A DNA stretch of 64,000 bases. Origin: Phoronis australis (Eukaryota > Animalia > Phoronida). The first letter of the stretch is position 1. Every line of letters starts with the position of its first letter. Shown piece after piece: positions 13,749 to 26,754 of this stretch. The notes beneath the pieces were generated by a model. It was given only the letters and a program-made list of their open reading frames with translations. It was not told the DNA's origin and searched no databases. The translations under genes and the position numbers were made by a program. The DNA lies in contig NMRA01000361.1 of the NCBI GenBank assembly GCA_002633005.1, positions 124,001-188,000 on the forward strand. Direction: 5' to 3'.

Positions 13749-13795
13749 CGCCATGTTCGTCCCTTCTACATTGCTGGTGTCTTTCTCCAACCCAG
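13749..13795 (+). CDS. SLC43-like exon (AMFVPSTLLVSFSNP)
   Basis: ttgcag| acceptor, G|gtatg donor, 47 bp. Hydrophobic TM3-like peptide in phase with the next exon. Confidence 0.75.
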
Positions 13796-16700
13796 GTATG
13801 TTTTGGTAGAGTTCTCAGCGGCAATGTACGACCAAGCGTTGTTTTACGAAACCATTATCACTCGTCAAGTGTATTTTTGAACTTTCAAAGTGAATAAGTT
13901 TGCTTTTAGATTGGATATTTCTGATAAACGTAGTTAGGTCACGCCTACTATAGTTCCTGAGTTGCGTAGTCCCATAAGAGCAAAGCCAGTGGCAAGTGTG
14001 TTACAGTAACGGATTCTCTGTTACCATGCGCGCATCCAGGATGGCTCGGGGGGCTCGAACGAGCCCACTTATTTGGCGAAGTGGGCAAAAAGGTCCGCCT
14101 CAGAGAAACAAAAAGTCCGAAACAGTAGAAAACGAGACAAAGGCGGAAAATACCAAAATGCGGCGAATGCACAATTCATAACTCTGAACGTATCCCGTTT
14201 TTTTTTAAAAAGGTCCACGTTCTCAAAAATTCGAGCCCCCTATTTTTAGGGTGAGTGCACCCATGGCTACATGTATGTTGTAACAGTATAGCCTTTGAGT
14301 CCATTTCTAGAATACGCCAACCCATTTTCATAGAACGAATCATGGTGGGGGAAAACCTCGTCAACGCAATTTGACCTCACTTGAAAGTTTCTTTAGTTTC
14401 CACTGGTGCTTTACTGTTAAGAGTCATGGGTTGTCAGCTAGGTTTTTGAAAGCGAGATATTATGACAGGAGACACAATAAGGTATATTTAGGAACCTTAT
14501 GAAGGGGAACTTTTTTCATTTTGTGCTTATTTATCTATAGATACTCGACAATGATGTACAGTATATCCAGGCGTATATTCGTCTGATAGTGAAGCTCGCT
14601 AAATCGTTATGCTTTTTTTCAGCGACAAACGGTTTTTCTCGTTCCTTCTCCACCTCGTTGGTCTGCATGGCAGGTGCTCCAAACTCATAATAAAACCTTC
14701 TTTTAAAACGCTTTCGTTCACAACCAATATTTTCTGAACGAAGATGGCGAACTAGCCTTGAGTTTACATGTTACTGTAACCCGATTGGCTGGGATTATTA
14801 GTTTGATTGACATGTTGGAAATATCTATTATCTCGTTGATAGTTTCACACAGGAAAGAAAATCGACTGGCATAGCCTGTCAATGTGTCGACGTGGCGTGC
14901 CTTCCATTTGAATGGTACCCTAATGTATCGCATTAAATTTCGTTGATGTTCGCGAAACAGTTTCGGCTTACTGAAGATTTGACGGAAGGCTACGTATTTT
15001 AATTCGAAGCGGTATCATAATTCGCCGAGTTTGTAAAACGCTTGTTTAAGTGATAACATTTCCATGTTTTAACAACATTTTGGCGCCTGTTGTAACCGAG
15101 CGAGATATGTGAGCACTTTGACCAAATGTTCTGAAATCTTTTGGTGTAATTCTGAATCGTTGCTAATGAAAGCACTTGTTGTAGAGATCTCATGGTTGCT
15201 GTATCCCACCACAGTAATGATCGGTGTATCAGGAATGCTCATATTTATGACTGACCTTCAGATGGCCAACTTTTTTAAGAAGCGTGCCACGTTTGTGACC
15301 CTGTTTGTCGGTGCTTACTACAGCAGCACTGTCGTCTTTTTCATCATGAAGGTATTTTCATCAAAGCTAAAATCTTTAACATTATTAATTTTGAGAAATT
15401 CGCCGCATGTAAATCAATGTCTTGCTCATCAAGTTTGTGCTTGTGAAGGTCTTTCAACTTAATTAAATAAAGCCATGTAGGTTACTGAACTCTTTTAATT
15501 CATTACAGTTTAACCTAAAAGCGAATTCTAAGGCTAGCCCTAAACGGAATATATATATATGGCCAGCGGCTATACGAAATATTGTTATTTGCGATGAGAA
15601 TATGACGTCATGGTAACATTAACAGCTTGACCAAATTTCATTCGTTACAAACATTCAATTTGAATTCTCAACACGCTGTTACAGTTCCCTAAATTGTATT
15701 TTTTATGCAATTCTGAAATCATTTCATAACGTTCATAAAAGTCCCAATATTCTATGTAACTTTACACGAACTTGAATCAATGTTTCATACTTTCTAACAA
15801 CGTTTCTGATTTATTTTCGATCCACGCCAAAACACTGGGTCCAGGCATTTTGCATAAAGAACCTCTGAAAAAGCGGTGTGCTAACTGAATGGTACAGACA
15901 TTTGAGGAAATTCACTTGATATTCACACGTTTTTGGATTTTGTCAAAATTTCGCCTCTGAAATCGTTGTACGATTTGTGAATAATGGCTTTTTCACAAAC
16001 AAGTAATTAGGGCAAATTTTGATGTTTGTCGTGACTTATCCATGATATGTAACGAATAATTTACTGACAAGTTCCTCCATTTTATAGGAAAAATGCTTGT
16101 TATTCTTTCAACAGATCGCGAGTGATGGTTGCGCCATTCATTACCCGTTCATGTTCCTGACCATGGGGATGGTACAGTATTTAATTAGCACCATGGCTTT
16201 TCTGCCCAAGACGCGAGCCAACTGGCCACTTCTTCCCAAAAATTCACCTTTTGGACGGCGCTCCAGTTCCAGCAGTACGCAGAGTACTCTATCAGACAAA
16301 AGGGTTAAAGGTGCATAAAATCTATATTTAACTTCACTGCTCTTCTTGAAGGGCTTTTTACACTACAAGAATGCATGGGTATAAGGTCAAAAGGCATAGC
16401 TAGTTTAGTGCCCGGAATTTAATCTTCTTTGTGGAAATCGAAATTAATTTGGCGTTGTCTCTATTATTCTGTGCTCGAGTGAATAATGGCTTTCGCAGAT
16501 ACCTGTCTAATCCTAGTTTTCACAGATTTCCAACAGGGTGCAAATTAATGCGTTAAGAAGAAACAGATGTGTTGAATCTTAATCTAAATAATTTGAAAAG
16601 TAAGGAAAGTTGAAAACAAGAAAATATGAAAGAGAAACACAACAACACCTAGTTGACATTAATTCCGTGTTCGTATATATCGCTGCCAAATTTTATGATA

Positions 16701-19700
16701 ATGAATATTTAATCGAACGGGAGAGGCCGGGAGTTTACTAGAGGGTAGTTGTGAAATTTTTACGATGGGAAAAAGTATCGTCTGCTTTGCTGGAGGGACT
16801 GTTGGTCGCCCCTTTTTTTCCTCCTCATTGGAGTCAGTTCTACTAAATATTGTGAGCAACATTCGATACGAACCATGTGAATTTGAAAGTGTATAATCAA
16901 GACGTTTTCTTTCTTTTGAAGTGAAATTGGGCACAACGCCATTTTGCACAGTCCTCCTTTCCTGTCCATTCTTGAGTCAAGTCGTTTGGTATGCAACTCT
17001 TGACTTCCGATTGGCCATTTACAAGGTTACTGAATCAAAACGGTTGTATGATATCAACAGAGTATCTCAAGGTAGGTCCTACACCGTTTCAAAAGTCATA
17101 AAACATCTGATTTAAACTTTCTGCATGTTGATCATAAAGTTGTTTAAGTATTACCATGGGCATTAATTCGCATTTAAGTCTATGTTGTACTCGATCGAAA
17201 GCTTTTGAAAAGTCAATGAATGCATACAAAATTCTATCACCTTCTTCGCTTATAGCATGAAGCACTAACAAAATACCTGATCCACTGGAGACTTAATGGA
17301 ATCCTGCTTGGGCTTCAAAACGTAAACCATTTATACCGTCGGCTATTCAGAATTCTTGCGAATATCTTTCCTATGCTGTGCTCGACGCTTAGCTTAACGC
17401 CAAGTCGCATTTGGCGGCCTGGCAAAAATCTGAAGTCGCCATAACCCGAATGAAGTCTGAGGTTGGCGATCCGGCGTAAAACATGTCGACTAAAAAAGGT
17501 CGTACGCCCTGTAACGTTGCTCATTCTCTGTATCATACGTGCATTCATTCTCTAACTCAATTCCTCCCGCCGACGAACGAACATGGAACGCAGAGTAGCA
17601 GACGCATACGGTAACACTAATGGCGCGTACCTCACGGATCTGGTTTCACGCAATAAACGGAACAATTGTGAATCAAAGGTAATGAATCAAGGAAAACTAT
17701 TAGTAAAGTTTGGAAGTCAACACGAACTTTGAAACAAATTTGGGAGAAATTATTGTATGACTTTGATATTCGCAGTGTTGGCTTGGAATTTTTCCCAGGT
17801 TGCCAAACACAATCTGAGGTCCCATCGAGCATTGAGCGCTGCGATGGCTGGCACGAGTGAAATATTTCATGGAAGGGGATTGTTTCCCCTTTGAAGGCAG
17901 TTTCGATCATTTTGACATAGCTTTGCTTATTACAAACTTTTTAGTGGCTTTCTCGTCAAGTGTAAAATTCATAAAAACAGAAGAATTCAAACCGGAAGTG
18001 TGACGCTAGCCATTTTCAGTTCGCGATCATAGGTGGCGGTCAACATTTTTCTCGTTTCGGCCTCGAAAAAAACAGATGTAGGCAATTCCACGGTGTATGA
18101 AGAACGTCAAATGAATAGTATACTCGGCCAAAGACTTTTTAAAAATGCTTAAAGTCTAACTGATTCCAAATTGTTTCCCGTGCAGTCGGCCATTTAAATT
18201 CGAGCAAAATTTATCAAATCAGCACTTTTCAACGCACACCCACCACTCACATATGAGTACTATGAATTGAGAGACAGTGCATTCAAACTGCTAAAACCCT
18301 CCAGATTATAGAAATTAGGTGAAAAGTGGGTGCCAACCAAACAGATTTCTTAAAATTCGAACTGTATCAAGGATTCCTGAATTTCGTGCTTAGTTTTAGC
18401 TTTCTGCTTGCAAGTGCTGAAGGTTTAAGAAAAACCAGCAAAAATGGGTCAACGACAACAACTAGCATTCAAAACAAATTCCAACGCGCTTAACGATACA
18501 GAATTTCAAGCCGATCCAGCAGGTGTCATTTTAATGAATTTCGGGGATTTCATCTACAGTGCAGCCGTCGTGTTTCAATTGCATTATGGGACAGTTTGTG
18601 GCTCCAGAACATCCGCTGACATCAGGTAACAATATGACAGAAAGCAACACTTGTCACTTCAGCAAGCATCAGAGAATAGAAAGCAGTGTTGCTATGCAAC
18701 AGTTTTTTGTTGGTGCGAGCACGACAAAGAAACCATCATAAAAAGCCAGTCTCAAAATGCGTCGCATTAATATACGTCGTGCTGGCAATCACATGTGAAG
18801 TTAAATCTTGTATCCCATACGCAAGTCCACGGTTCCTCCACCATCTTGAAGTAATTTGGCAGAGCTCGAACTAAAGTCCCAAAGTACATTAAACTAACTC
18901 GTGAGTTGCATGTCAGCTACCTCGTCGCAGCGCCTCTGTTCTCATGTGAGGGTGTTGCGAACTTAAAGGAGAATGCCACCCCAAAAAACAACCTATTTTG
19001 TATCAATTTAGATCGAGTAGTTCTACTCGATAACGGCACGTTCGGTTGCGTTACCTGACACCTGACGGCAGACGGAGGTGTTGAAATTATCCAATGACGT
19101 CATTGGTTTCACACGCAGTCTGTTCAGCAGTTCACAACACGGGTTACTGGTGTCAGCTTATCGCTTGAATTCATCGTTTAACACCAATAAATCATCAAAC
19201 TTCGACGTAAAACCCTTAAAAATACACCGAGTTCTTATAAAAACGGTGTTTTATTTCACTGTTACGGATTTATTGGTATTTGGACACACCGTAGCCTACA
19301 AAGTTCGGCAGCCCAATTTACCAAGGTCCGTAGCAGGAGGTTGGGGTCTGTTCGGAGATAAATTCGAATTATTCCTCCATGAAATACAAACAAGAAAACC
19401 TAGATCTGTGTTGTTTAAACTTGTGATTTTTTGATGAGTTCTATTGAAACGCTTGTTACCCAGGCCAGTGGCTCGGAACCCGATCAGGCCCGTCGCGGCC
19501 GGACTGACTCGTTATCCCGGCCAGTGGCTTGGAACCCGATCAGGCCCGTCGCGGCCGCCAGGACTGGCAGGAACATAAACCAGCTTGAGTTGGAAACTAA
19601 ACCTCCAGTCACGAAAAGACTATAATAGTGAGGCAAAGAAATAATGTACTCGTAATTATTTATGTGAATTAGCCACGAAACTGCTTACTACTTACTTGTC

Positions 19701-22700
19701 AGGGGCCGCAAAGTCGGGTTCCCCATCCACAGACCGTCAAGGCAAAGGTTGCACAGTAACAATGATTTGAATAATGTATTTGTATTTCTAAACAAAGGTT
19801 TCTCTAACATGTGACCATAGCATATAAAATCGAGTTATTGTTTCACAACACTGAATTATCATGCGCTCACACGGCCTCAGTGCCCGGTCAATTTTCCTTT
19901 ATTACCGGCATCAAAAGCCGGTAACGCAGTGGTTTATTCATTGCTGGCTTCTCAACATTTGCACTCGCAAATGCTCCAAAGGCATTACATCTAATGACAC
20001 GTAGACTTTAATTGTTTCATTTTTATATAAGCATTGGTTATGATGAAAATAATTCATTTTGAAACAGAACGCAGAATAATAAATGTCTACATGGCACCTC
20101 GCCCGGCACCAATTCCGACTTAGTCAAGAGCTCATCCGACGAAGACTTCATGGGTCAGATCGTTAGGTTTCACAGGCTATCAGTTCGAACCAGAATACAC
20201 TGATCAAGAAATACTAGAGAGGCGCCGTGAACATGCACAGGCAACGGAGCGTATGGATAGTTCTTTGGTTAGCCGGAATTTGTCAGAGAAATCACTGTCG
20301 ACGAAATACCGGCCACAGACACGGAGATGTTTCACGGTCTCATAACTTGCTATTAACAGCGTACCTTTCATTCTTCACTACCGCAAGCCACTTCCTAAGC
20401 ATTTCGGGCTCTCGAGGAAGTCGAAAAAATGACATGCCAGCTTTCTTCGCAGCTTCATATTTCGGGCAAGCGGGAACGATTCACCGCAATATAGCACGGC
20501 ATTCACTCTGCAGACGAACCACTGACGTGGCTGCGTTGTTTCTCACCTTCCTCACAGGTTAACGCGACACCTCTCGGCAAGGTGGGGTCGACCGTATAAG
20601 AGGCGATGTGGATATAGACCGATTAAGACGGTAAAAAAAACTAATTAAATCGGGTGGTATTCTCCTTTAAAGGTGGGCAACAACGAGCGTGTGACTTACT
20701 TTTAAAGGTGAAGCATTTAATATACGTCGCATATACGTCATACGCCGTCTACACGCGAGGGTAAAACGTTATGAGACACTGGGGTGCCTTTGCAGCCCAT
20801 GGCGTTGTTGGTCAATAGTTAGGTTCAATGATTCGACTACAGCGCTTGACCACGGGTGTGGACTACGAGCTATACGAGCTGAAAACTGCCGCTGTGACCA
20901 ATTCGCACTGTGTATCTGGTCGTCTGAATTGCTGTAGTGTATTGGTAGTATCACCTACGGTTTCTCGCATCATTCAAGCAAATGCCATGCTGTTTCATAC
21001 CGAGGCTGAAAATCGTTCGAGATCTCGGCCACTGATCACTGTTATCTGATCATAATAGCGAGAAAAATACAGGTTACACGAATCGACGGACATTTCCAGG
21101 ACTTGTTCAGCATCTCTGAGCGGACTCCACGCTTGCGGGCACAGACAAAATTTTGTGTCCCTAGCCAGCTCAACCTTGAACAATTCTGCCACTATTATTA
21201 AATTGATAGGCCTATCTAGTATAGCAAGAAAAATATACCAAATTCCCAAAAAACGCCTTAAAAAGTAATGTCTTTCTCCCCCCCCTCCCCCCCCCTCCTC
21301 TTGTTTAAAACATCTGTGGAACGTGAACATGTTGAATGTCCTACACTTTGTCACTTCAAAGCTAAATCCATTAGTACCAGCGGCCCTGCCGCGTGGGAAC
21401 TGTTCGATGTTCTGGACAACTTCAGAACACGAAACAGTTAGTACATTCAAATCAGGTGAGTGCTGTTGCCTTAGTCGCTATGTTTACCCTGACCAGTCTG
21501 ATTGTCAGCGACAGAACCTATGATTGATTGCATCGCGAACAGGTACGCCTGGATAATTATCGCCATAAAAACCATGCCACCTTTGCGGCGTAATGCACCA
21601 CTTTACATTATCAAATGAGTATCACTAAAACGAAAGGTATCTTTTAATGGGGAACGTAACCGTGTAGGCCTACGTGTTTTACAATCAGTTTTCTTAGATC
21701 GTAAGGAAATGAAGATCCGTATCATTTGTGTGTGTGGTAGCCTACCGCGCACAATATGACGGTCTTATTGTTGGTGCACCACCAGATTTCGAAAAAGGAA
21801 AACTTCTAGTTTATTCGCCACCTAAAACAAAACTCTAAAATCAGGTTACTCAGTCACACGTCAAACGTTTTCATATTAGGTAAAATAAGGATTTATGTCC
21901 CTCAAAACAGGCCATGGTTCTGTACATCAATCTGATGTTGACGAGGTTGGCCAACCTTTCCAAGAATGAAATTATTCACAGGTGGTCTCTCTCAATTTAT
22001 TTTAATGGTCAAAAACAAACTTTGTTAATCAGCTTACTACCTGATTTCCATATTTAGACGTGAAGACCTTTTTTCAAAGGCCATTCTATTAGTTAATTGT
22101 GTCAAATGAAAAAATTCAATACCCCATACATTGCAAAACCATTATCAGTTCATCCCAGAAGAGGCGGAAGAGAGTATGCTGAGTGGAGGTATAATTTGAA
22201 GTGTATATTAAACGTTTCGATAATTAATGATTTTTGTTACAGCATGACGTTTGCATTACTGTGTACATCTTTATAAATGACCTCGATGTGCAATCGAGCG
22301 ATATGAACGTCTTGCCTCAAGGCTCACGTCTGACGCAGTGGAAAGAACAAACATTAATTTACGTGTTTAACCACGGGAATTGATTACATATTATAAAACA
22401 TGGAACAATGTATTTGCTCCCAATCGAGCTATTGTGATTTACTTATGCTTAGGTAAAAAGCAAATTTGTTTTGGACCGTGGTTGTTTTTAAAAAGTGATA
22501 CAATGATGCGGTATTTTAGTTCTTTATATTTTCAAAAAAAATTGTTTCCTCATATATGCTAAAGTGGTGATACAATGTTTTTTTCTTAGCTCAAACCTGG
22601 GTGGAGTTCAATAGCTGTCTCGCAGCGAGTATAATCCGGCCAAAATCATGTGCTCTCATTCAAAGTACACGGCAATATCTCACGAAGTCTTGATTTTCTG

Positions 22701-25700
22701 GCGAGTTCCTGGCGAGGTCCTAGCCATGTCCTAACCGGGTTCTAGCCAGGTCCTAGTTAGGTCTTAGTCAGGACTTAGGGTTATTGAGCTCTTCCCTAGC
22801 TTCAGTGATGCAGTGACGTTAATGGTTGCACTTATGTCGACCGGGAAGTGACATCATTGGCTGTACAGCGGCCAACTTCGCTCCCTCCACTAAAGAAAAC
22901 CTCCCTACGTGACTATTTTATAGTGATTGTACCTGCGTTAACAAGCCACTGTTTGAGGCTGTTGAAAATAATGAATGCTTGACAAAAGATGTGTAGGCGT
23001 GCAGTTTGTTATTTTTGCGGCTTCAAAAATGAGTCGGGCTCAGGTCAGAACGAAATATGTGTTTTTACCTTAAATTTACAATAAAACAATTTATTTCTTT
23101 AGGTTCACCCGATGATATCATATTTTACGGAGAGATGGGCGCCATATTCATTGTTCCAATATTTGGCCTGTTGGTTGACTTGAAGCGTTCGAGCTCCGGC
23201 CATGGAGGTAAAATTATCTCTTTCTCCATTTCTCTGGAAAAAACTAAATGATACGTTGAAAATGATTATTTCAGGAAAATAAAGTTTCTGATATCGCTGA
23301 TGAAACAAAATTCGTCCTTTTTACCTTACATGTTAACATCAACTGATTTCCATTGTATTGTTATTTTGGGAGTTAGTAGTTTGCGGCTCGCGTAAACCCA
23401 CAAAAAGCGCATTATAGACGTTTATAAGTCTACTATAATTCACAGGTTCCGGTGTTCGTACTCTTCTGCCTTTTATGATGGGAACGAGTTTGATGACCTT
23501 CCTCGGGCTAGTCATGGCTGTTCTGGACTGGCAGCCAAGATCTTCCGCTGTGAAATGGATAGAGTTAGTAATACAAGCCTTTATGAGGCCCGCCCTTACT
23601 GGAATCAGCGTTTCAAGTCTCACCGAACTGTACGTAAAACATTTGCACAACTAAAGTATCTTTGACAGGCTGTCGAGTTATGAAAACTGCCAAGTTGTGA
23701 AACTTATATATGCAATGTTCAAGCAGTTTATTATTTGGAAATGCACTTAAAACTGTATTTTTTTATGTTCGTCAGTTATTTCATACTGAATCGAATTCTA
23801 ATGTTTCTTAGCCTTACTCGTTGAAAAGAGGATAGTTCAGTGGTGTTGCACAATTGCACTGTCACCACAAAGTGGATTAAGAAGTAGTAGCGGTTGACTG
23901 ACGTAATCTCTTTAAAGAATACTGGATATTTCTACGGAACTTGTAGTCAATGGAACTTTTAAATGTTGCCCCAAGGTATTCAAAACATATAATTTGAGAG
24001 GCTGTGGGCCTAATCCTTTAAACACCGAGACTTTCCTGGCAACACGTTTTATAATCAAGTGTTCTGGTCTTGTCCTGTGACATCATCAGTTCCCAGACGA
24101 CCAACACAGCTGGCATGCACAGTATGCATCAAGAAACGTTCGTCTTACATACATATAGGCGGGTCTAGGGGATCGAGCAGAGTGCGCGAACATAAAACGT
24201 CATCAACTTGCCGTTTTGCGGGCTTGCAGGAACGTTTTTCCTTAAAAAAAACTGCGGCTTGGCCAGATGTGCGACATATTCCTGTACAACAATACTATAG
24301 AATAATTCACTTCTCCGTTAGGAGCATGCACGGCGCACAACTGGCTCCCGCTGTGTACAGCTACACCTTGGTGAAAGCCAGTGTGAAAGATACATAAACC
24401 GCTGCTTTTGTGCTACTATGTGCCGCCAAAATTCAGAACGAAAGTGAAAGTTGTTGTTTTTTGTTGGTGTACATTATCCGTTTCAAGACGTCATTCGTGT
24501 GAAGGTCGGGCGAGCCTGGACGGAGATTTAACGAAACTGGATGAAGCCAACCAGCCGAGCATCCAGAAACGGTTTTTAATGTGGTCTCGATACAGAATTT
24601 TCAAAAACTATGGGACTCTGCTCATACTTCTCACTGCACTCCTTTCATTTAATTTTGTAGGTTTCCCAACGAACATTTTGGTAAGTTATTTGGTGTAACC
24701 ATGGGCGTTTCTGGAGCTGTCAATTTTCTGAAGATTCCCGTCAGTCATCTGTGGTGGACTGTAGATGATACAACTGTTGTTTGGGTAAGTGATTTTTGAT
24801 CAAACCTGAAGTTCTTTGGTCTAAGCTGGGGCATGGTAACGATTCCGCCGTCAGACCGCTACTATTCCCGTCAATCCGTCGCCCAGAGATAATAGAAACG
24901 GGCTCTCAAATTTCTCGCTCGGATCACATACGCGGATTTAGAGGGTGGGGGCAGGGGGCCCGCTCCCCCCCCCTTTGGCAACCGCAAGCAAAATGAAACA
25001 GCAAGAGCGTGAAGCGTGAGGAAATATTGAGTTCAGCAACTAGGACCGGTAACGGATGAGGGGGGGCTCAGATCCCAGAGGAATGGTGTTCCCGTTTTTT
25101 TTTCACCGATAGATTTTCCGAGCGGAAATCCACATCCCGGCCCCCAAGTTTCGGGGCCCTGTGCACATTTAATCGCGCTTTGCCCAATTTCCCGAGACAA
25201 CATGTTGCCCCCCCCTTATGGTATCCTAGATCCGCCACTGGATCAGTTCACTTACATCTACTCCACTCTTACATGGCACTAGGCATACTCTACATAGATA
25301 AGGGTGGATCCAGGAATTGGGTTAGTTGTCAGGGTCATTGATCTGCGTTGTTCAAAATTAAGCGCATTTTAGCAACAAAGTTGACCGGTGCTCCTGTATC
25401 AAATATACTCACGTGGTCTTATTTGTACATTCGGAAACAGCCATACTTCTTCATATTTCTTTATATAATTTATTATCTGCATATGCCGGTACATACGTTT
25501 TCCTTGAATGTAGCACAGACCTCGAGACCAACAAATTCTCATTGAATTTGAGCCCTACACACTGTAGGTGTGCCAAGTCACCATTGCGGAAAACGCTTCC
25601 GTGTGAAGAGTAGAAGCATGGGAAATACCTCTACATGGCGACTTATTTGAAAAATTGAGTTCATGTTAGGAATTCCATGGCCGCCTTTTTGTCCTCCTCT

Positions 25701-26754
25701 AAATCCGCCACTGACAGGCACTCCACTCAATATTCTAGATATATCCAGTCGACACACGCACTCGTTTATTATCATAGTGCTGCGTCGAGTGTTGGCATTT
25801 GGTGCCTGAGTGAAATTAATGGTGAGAATCGTGGCCGATCACAGAATCTTCCGAGTCCGTGGCCTGAGGAATAATGAGGATGTACAACACTCTGTAGAGT
25901 GGCTGCCGTGTCCTCGCGCCTTGTTGTGACGAAATTTAAGACAATTAAATACATTCCAGCAACAATCAATCGGCTGAGCTCCCCTTAAAAGTTGACCCCA
26001 CAGCCTTGGTCACGTTTAGTGATTGAGTAACTTTGTTAAGCAGGTTTCAAATTTGCTCCAATGTTTTAATTGTGTTGAAGTAGGTTTTAGACCATTGTTC
26101 TGATTCAAAGTCGTACTTAAAATCGAATTCAATGAAAATGTATTAAACCCGAAATTTTTAATTAAACTGAAATAATATTTTATTAGACAGCTGTGTTACA
26201 TTCAACGCGATGTTTGCATCATACAAAGGTCTCTATGTTCTCATCAACGACTTTCCTAACGCCACTATTTTATTTTTCAACTGCAGCTTAACGTGTTGAT
26301 GACAGTCACAACCCTATGTTCGGTTGTCTTTCCTGTTGCGCTCTGTTGCTTTCGGCAAAAATGCCTCGCGTTTACGCCTGGAAACCTAATGTATACTGTG
26401 TTGGAGGCGGCGGCGATGGAAGCTGCCTTCGGCCGCCAAAAGCAAACAGAGTCTTTTTCAACACTGGAAGCTGCATCTGAAACGCACACGCCAAGTACGC
26501 CGCATGACCCGGATGAAATGGAGCCTGAACCAGAAGGGTCAAGTGAGCGTAGTTCGTGCGCATTATCGTCAAAAGATGGCGCTATAAAGAAACTCTTCGA
26601 AGAGGTGCAAATTTGTGAAACAAAGTTTCAAGGAAATTTGAGTGAAGAATCAAAGGATGGATGTTCAAGTTGTGAAATTTTGGTTGACTCGCAATTACCT
26701 CGAAATTGTGATCAATGGAGAAAGTCTGTGCAGTTTACACATCATTCGGTATAA
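13749..26754 (+). CDS. SLC43-family MFS transporter (SLC43A3/ENBT1- or LAT3-like), 5'-partial. Exons 13749-13795, 15185-15351, 16115-16310, 16922-17071, 23103-23207, 23446-23629, 24661-24784, 26287-26754
   Basis: The spliced translation follows SLC43A3 helix by helix: GMLIFMTDLQMANFF..RATFVTLFVGAYYSSTVVFFIMK (cf. [38 protein letters not shown]), FLPKTRANWPL, IVPIFGLLVD, IQAFMRPAL and LFPNEHFGKLFG (cf. FPSEHFGKLFG). All introns are GT-AG and phase-consistent. Exons for the first TMs were not found. Confidence 0.9.
14025..14265 (+). mobile_element. MITE, CATG-terminal family A, 5-bp TSD (GTTAC/GCTAC)
   Basis: TIRs CATGCGCGCATCC.../...GTGCACCCATG. Internal TTGGCGAAGTGGGCAAAAAGGTCCGCC is shared with the 37410 and 39269 copies. 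Confidence 0.85.
15185..15351 (+). CDS. SLC43-like exon (ISWLLYP...VVFFIMK)
   Basis: ttgtag| acceptor, AAG|gtatt donor, TM4-5 motifs of SLC43. Confidence 0.9.
16115..16310 (+). CDS. SLC43-like exon (IASDG...FLPKTRANWPL...)
   Basis: caacag| acceptor, G|gtgcat donor. TM6 and start of the central loop. Confidence 0.85.
16922..17071 (+). CDS. SLC43-like exon (PFCTVLLSCPFLSQVVWYATLDFR...)
   Basis: ttgaag| acceptor, G|gtaggt donor, TM7-like segment. Confidence 0.8.
17110..17390 (-). mobile_element. LINE RT fragment
   Basis: SIGKIFARILNSR...QAGF...ILYAFIDFSKAFDRVQH. Confidence 0.85.
19455..19566. repeat. 56-bp GC-rich direct repeat x2 inside the Kolobok element
   Basis: GGCCAGTGGCTYGGAACCCGATCAGGCCCGTCGCGGCC at 19463 and 19519. 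Confidence 0.9.
20255..20502 (-). pseudogene. Frameshifted THAP domain relic inside the Kolobok element
   Basis: MPCYIAVN...SFFRLPREPEMLRKWLAVVK, then after a frameshift HLRVCGRYFVDSDF. This matches the THAP F..P......W...VC..HF pattern with degenerate Zn ligands. Confidence 0.75.
20770..21450 (-). mobile_element. Highly decayed LINE RT fragment
   Basis: EVVQNIEQFPRGRAAGTNGFSFE (KA.GPDG-like) followed by DRPINLI..AELF (YRPI-like). Confidence 0.55.
22697..22782. repeat. Degenerate 11-bp tandem repeat (CCTAGCCAGGT-like) x7
   Basis: Units at 22697, 22708, 22719, 22730, 22741, 22752 and 22763. Confidence 0.8.
23103..23207 (+). CDS. SLC43-like exon (GAIFIVPIFGLLVDLK)
   Basis: tttag| acceptor, G|gtaaaa donor, TM8 P..GLL.D motif. 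Confidence 0.85.
23446..23629 (+). CDS. SLC43-like exon (TM9-10, ...IQAFMRPALTGISVSSLTE)
   Basis: cacag| acceptor, CT|gtacgt donor, open hydrophobic frame. Confidence 0.85.
24661..24784 (+). CDS. SLC43-like exon (FPNEHFGKLFGVTM...)
   Basis: ttgtag| acceptor, TGG|gtaagt donor, SLC43 signature FP.EHFGKLFG. Confidence 0.93.
24927..25240 (-). mobile_element. MITE, GCGGAT-terminal family B, perfect 5-bp TSD GATCA
   Basis: Ends CATACGCGGATTTAG.../...CTAGATCCGCCACTG, with GATCA at 24922-24926 and 25241-25245. Confidence 0.85.
25299..25713. mobile_element. Degenerate MITE of the GGCGGATCC/AATCCGCCACTG type
   Basis: Left GGGTGGATCCAGG, right CTAAATCCGCCACTG; no clean TSD. Confidence 0.45.
26287..26754 (+). 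CDS. SLC43-like last exon (TM12 plus long acidic/Ser-rich tail)
   Basis: ctgcag| acceptor. LNVLMTVTTLCSVVFPVAL matches TM12. The ORF continues to TAA at 26752-26754. Confidence 0.85.
   Translation, partial: LNVLMTVTTLCSVVFPVALCCFRQKCLAFTPGNLMYTVLEAAAMEAAFGRQKQTESFSTLEAASETHTPSTPHDPDEMEPEPEGSSERSSCALSSKDGAIKKLFEEVQICETKFQGNLSEESKDGCSSCEILVDSQLPRNCDQWRKSVQFTHHSV

Larger units (their letters stand above)
18967..20666. mobile_element. Non-autonomous Kolobok-type DNA transposon (1.7 kb)
   Basis: TTAA on both flanks (18963-18966, 20667-20670), 15-bp TIRs AGGAGAATGCCACCC / GGGTGGTATTCTCCT, internal THAP relic. Confidence 0.85.

Noticed and set aside
14623-14673. Frame-preserving 51-bp AG..GT segment between SLC43 exons
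   Set aside because: The peptide ATNGFSRSFSTSLVCMA has no SLC43 counterpart, the flanking exons already join seamlessly, and the donor is weak.
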